A stretch of DNA of 64,000 nt, taken from assembly GCA_023231475.1 (NCBI GenBank), contig JALJEE010002021.1:1-64000 (forward strand). The letters run 5' to 3'. A program made the translations under genes and the position numbers. The stretch is from Seison nebaliae. Taxonomy: Eukaryota. Shown here piece by piece: positions 61,590 through 64,000 of the stretch. How positions within the stretch are numbered: the first letter of the stretch is position 1; each line of letters starts with the position of its first letter. Below the pieces are notes generated by a model. The model saw only the letters and a program-made list of their open reading frames with translations, did not search any database and was not told the DNA's origin.

Positions 61590-64000
61590 TCACAATTTTT
61601 CTGATCGAAATTGTTTCTCCAAATTAGAGTTCTGTTGAATCGCTATGTCATCCTCGAAATCCTGAAAATGATAAGAATTTATCACAAATGAATTAAGGTT
61701 TGCAAACATTATTATCGAAATTTGATATTTGTGGAAACGGTAAAAATAAATCATTCGGTTCTTCATTAAATAAATTGTTTTCTATAAAATGAAAATAATT
61801 AAAAATTAATGAGAAAGTAACCGTTGAATAAAAGATTCTTCTCGAACGAGTTATCGTTATCGTTGAGAATGTTCGATTCCTGAGAGTTTCTCCATGTACT
61901 AAAATTACCATTTAATGGATTATCGTTATTGATTAAGTCTGATAATTTTTTCTTTTCGGTTGAGAAAATACTTTGAGGAGTATCGATCGGTTCGTTAATT
62001 TTGGGAATTGAACCGAATGTTGTCGAAGAATTGTTGAATTGTGTACAGTCGATATTGGAGGCGAATGATTCGGAATAATTATCGGAAAATAATTGAGAAC
62101 TCTTATTCGAACCGTTGTTTGACGGTGATAGAATGTTGTTAGTGGAATTTGATGAGAAAAATGAGTTTTTATTTCTATTATCGATGACATTCATGTTCAT
62201 ATCAGTCGATAAGAAGTTCAAAGAATTATCACTTTTCTTCTTTTCATTATCATTATTCATCATCATATTATTATTATTGTTGTTGTTGTTGTTACTGTTC
62301 CGGTTACCATTATTCATCATTATCTGATTATTATTATTATTGAAATTGTTGTTGGTATTATTATTATTATTATTATTGAAATTGTTGTTGTTATTATTGT
62401 TGTTAAAGTCATTGTTAAAATTGTTGTTGTTGTTGTTATTGGTAAAATTATTATTATTGTTCATATTGTTATTATTAAAGTTGTTGTTGTTGTTATTTTG
62501 ATTAGTGAAATTGTTGTTACTATTGAAATTGTTGTTGTTATTGTTATTATTGGAAAAATTAATATTATTATTATCATTATTCATCATCATATTATTATTT
62601 TGATTTGAATTGAAATTAAATTGAAGATCTTTTGCAAAAGGATTTGTACAAGGAAAATTTTTGTTCGAAATCGGATCAATATCATTCATTCTATTGTCAT
62701 AATTGGATTTCTCGGAAGTTAACGACTTCGAAAAGGAAACACTATTGACCGAAGTCAGATGGCTGGGTGAGGCGGACGACATGAAGTTCGAAGGAGATTC
62801 AGAACTTTTCTTTGAAAACGGAGAATTGAACGGAGATAAATCTTGTTCGGAATTCATATTACTCTGATTTGATATCGTACTATTGTTAGCAGGTGATAAG
62901 TTCATTGAATTAATTGAGAATTCGATTAATGAGGATTGATCCTGATAATTGTCGTTTGGTGATAAATCTTCTCGGCCGATACCTTTCACATTGCCCAATG
63001 ATTTATATTTCGGTTGGAATTCATTATTTCCATTTGTCTTTTGGTTCGAATTAGAGAATGGAGCAAATAAAAAAAATTCTTTTCTAACACATTCCTCATC
63101 GATGTCGTCAAATGATGAATCCGTTTTCCGTTTTCCTAAATCATATTTTTGAAAATTAGAATCAGTTTGATGTTCAACATGTTTCTGTTGCCCAATCTCA
63201 TCTTTCAATCGATTTTCGCTATTATTATCATTATTCATTTTTTGTTTAATTCCATTAGTGTTAGTAGAAACAGGTTCGTTAATATTAGTGAGCGATATTT
63301 TTGTTATTGATGGAGTATTACAAAATGTCGAACTTCCGTAGACTGTCGAAGGAGATAATTTCTTCTGTTCATTTTCTTCTTCATTCGATTTTGTAAATTT
63401 AATCAAACGATCAGGAATGGTCGTAGGCGAAGTGCTACCACCAATATATTCTAAAAGTGAATTGAGAGATAATGAAAATTTAAATAATAAAAATTTTAAA
63501 ATTAAATGTAATTTCTAATGAATGTTAATAAGCAAATCATAATGGACGAATTAGTAAAATGAGAGTGGATGAAGAAGAAAATAATCTCTTTGAACATATC
63601 TTACCATTAGGAAACTTTAGTTTGAAAAAAAAAGTTAAATCTCAATAAAAGTCTTCAACATTCTTTTCTTCCGTTAACCGACAGTTAATTGAGTGAAATA
63701 GCAACCTGGATTAATATGAATCATATTAATTTGTGAATCGTCATCAGATGAGGAATTGCTATTTCTGCTACTTCGTTTACTACCACGACTTCGTTTAAAA
63801 CTGGAATTTGGTGAAATATTGGGTGTGGTTCGTTTATTACCACTCAACTGATTTGAATCAATTCGTGTCATTAACGGTGAGAGACAACGGTTATTTTTCA
63901 CTTTCAACGAGCATTGTCCATAACGATGAGGAGTATTCAATGAATTACCGAAAGCTCCTTCTTCACTCGTATTTTGGACATTGCTCCGTCTGACAGCTTT
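61590..64000 (-). CDS. 3' part of an unidentified Asn/Ser-rich protein (5' end outside the window)
   Basis: ORFs 63674-63940, 61799-63406 and 61693-61911 join in frame through GTTAAC, GTTACT and GTTTGC donors; the protein ends QFRSEKL*. No domain recognised. Confidence 0.6.
62255..62620 (-). repeat. Coding poly-Asn (AAT/AAC) trinucleotide array punctuated by Phe/Met
   Basis: NNNNNF and NNMMMNND units in the translation. Confidence 0.9.

Noticed and set aside
1..64000. Alternative genetic code, selenocysteine or stop-codon readthrough
   Set aside because: Conserved proteins translate fully in the standard code, and internal stops are explained by micro-introns.

Overview
AT-rich, gene-dense DNA from a compact animal nuclear genome (sim, a class B GPCR, a p55 MAGUK and a serpin are present; the taxon cannot be fixed from sequence alone). 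It is not prokaryotic, and I saw no CRISPR, rRNA, tRNA or recognisable transposon. About 19 protein genes can be assembled by hand: a CLK/Doa LAMMER kinase spanning 12.6 kb, YIF1, AAGAB-like, SPTLC2, JMJD8, RGS22/RGSL-like, single-minded, MPP2/6-like MAGUK, ALG2, an orphan C2H2 protein, a serpin, MRPL10, an orphan secreted protein, EXOC8, a divergent class B GPCR, MRPL21, ATP synthase subunit e, two tandem AS3MT paralogs and a partial Asn-rich gene. The strongest signal is in the splicing. Most introns are 41-68 nt, and about 43 of 48 hand-reconstructed coding-intron donors begin GTT rather than GTA/GTG, with no GTAAG donor found. This holds at intron positions inside conserved motifs, which suggests a shifted 5' splice-site recognition rule. 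Other leads: three phase-matched alternative N-termini on the CLK kinase, an AS3MT paralog lacking a catalytic Cys plus conversion-like tracts, EXOC8 without its PH domain, a class B GPCR lacking the TM3-ECL2 disulfide, and a possible trans-spliced ATP5ME-MRPL21 dicistron. All gene models are manual and untested against transcripts.
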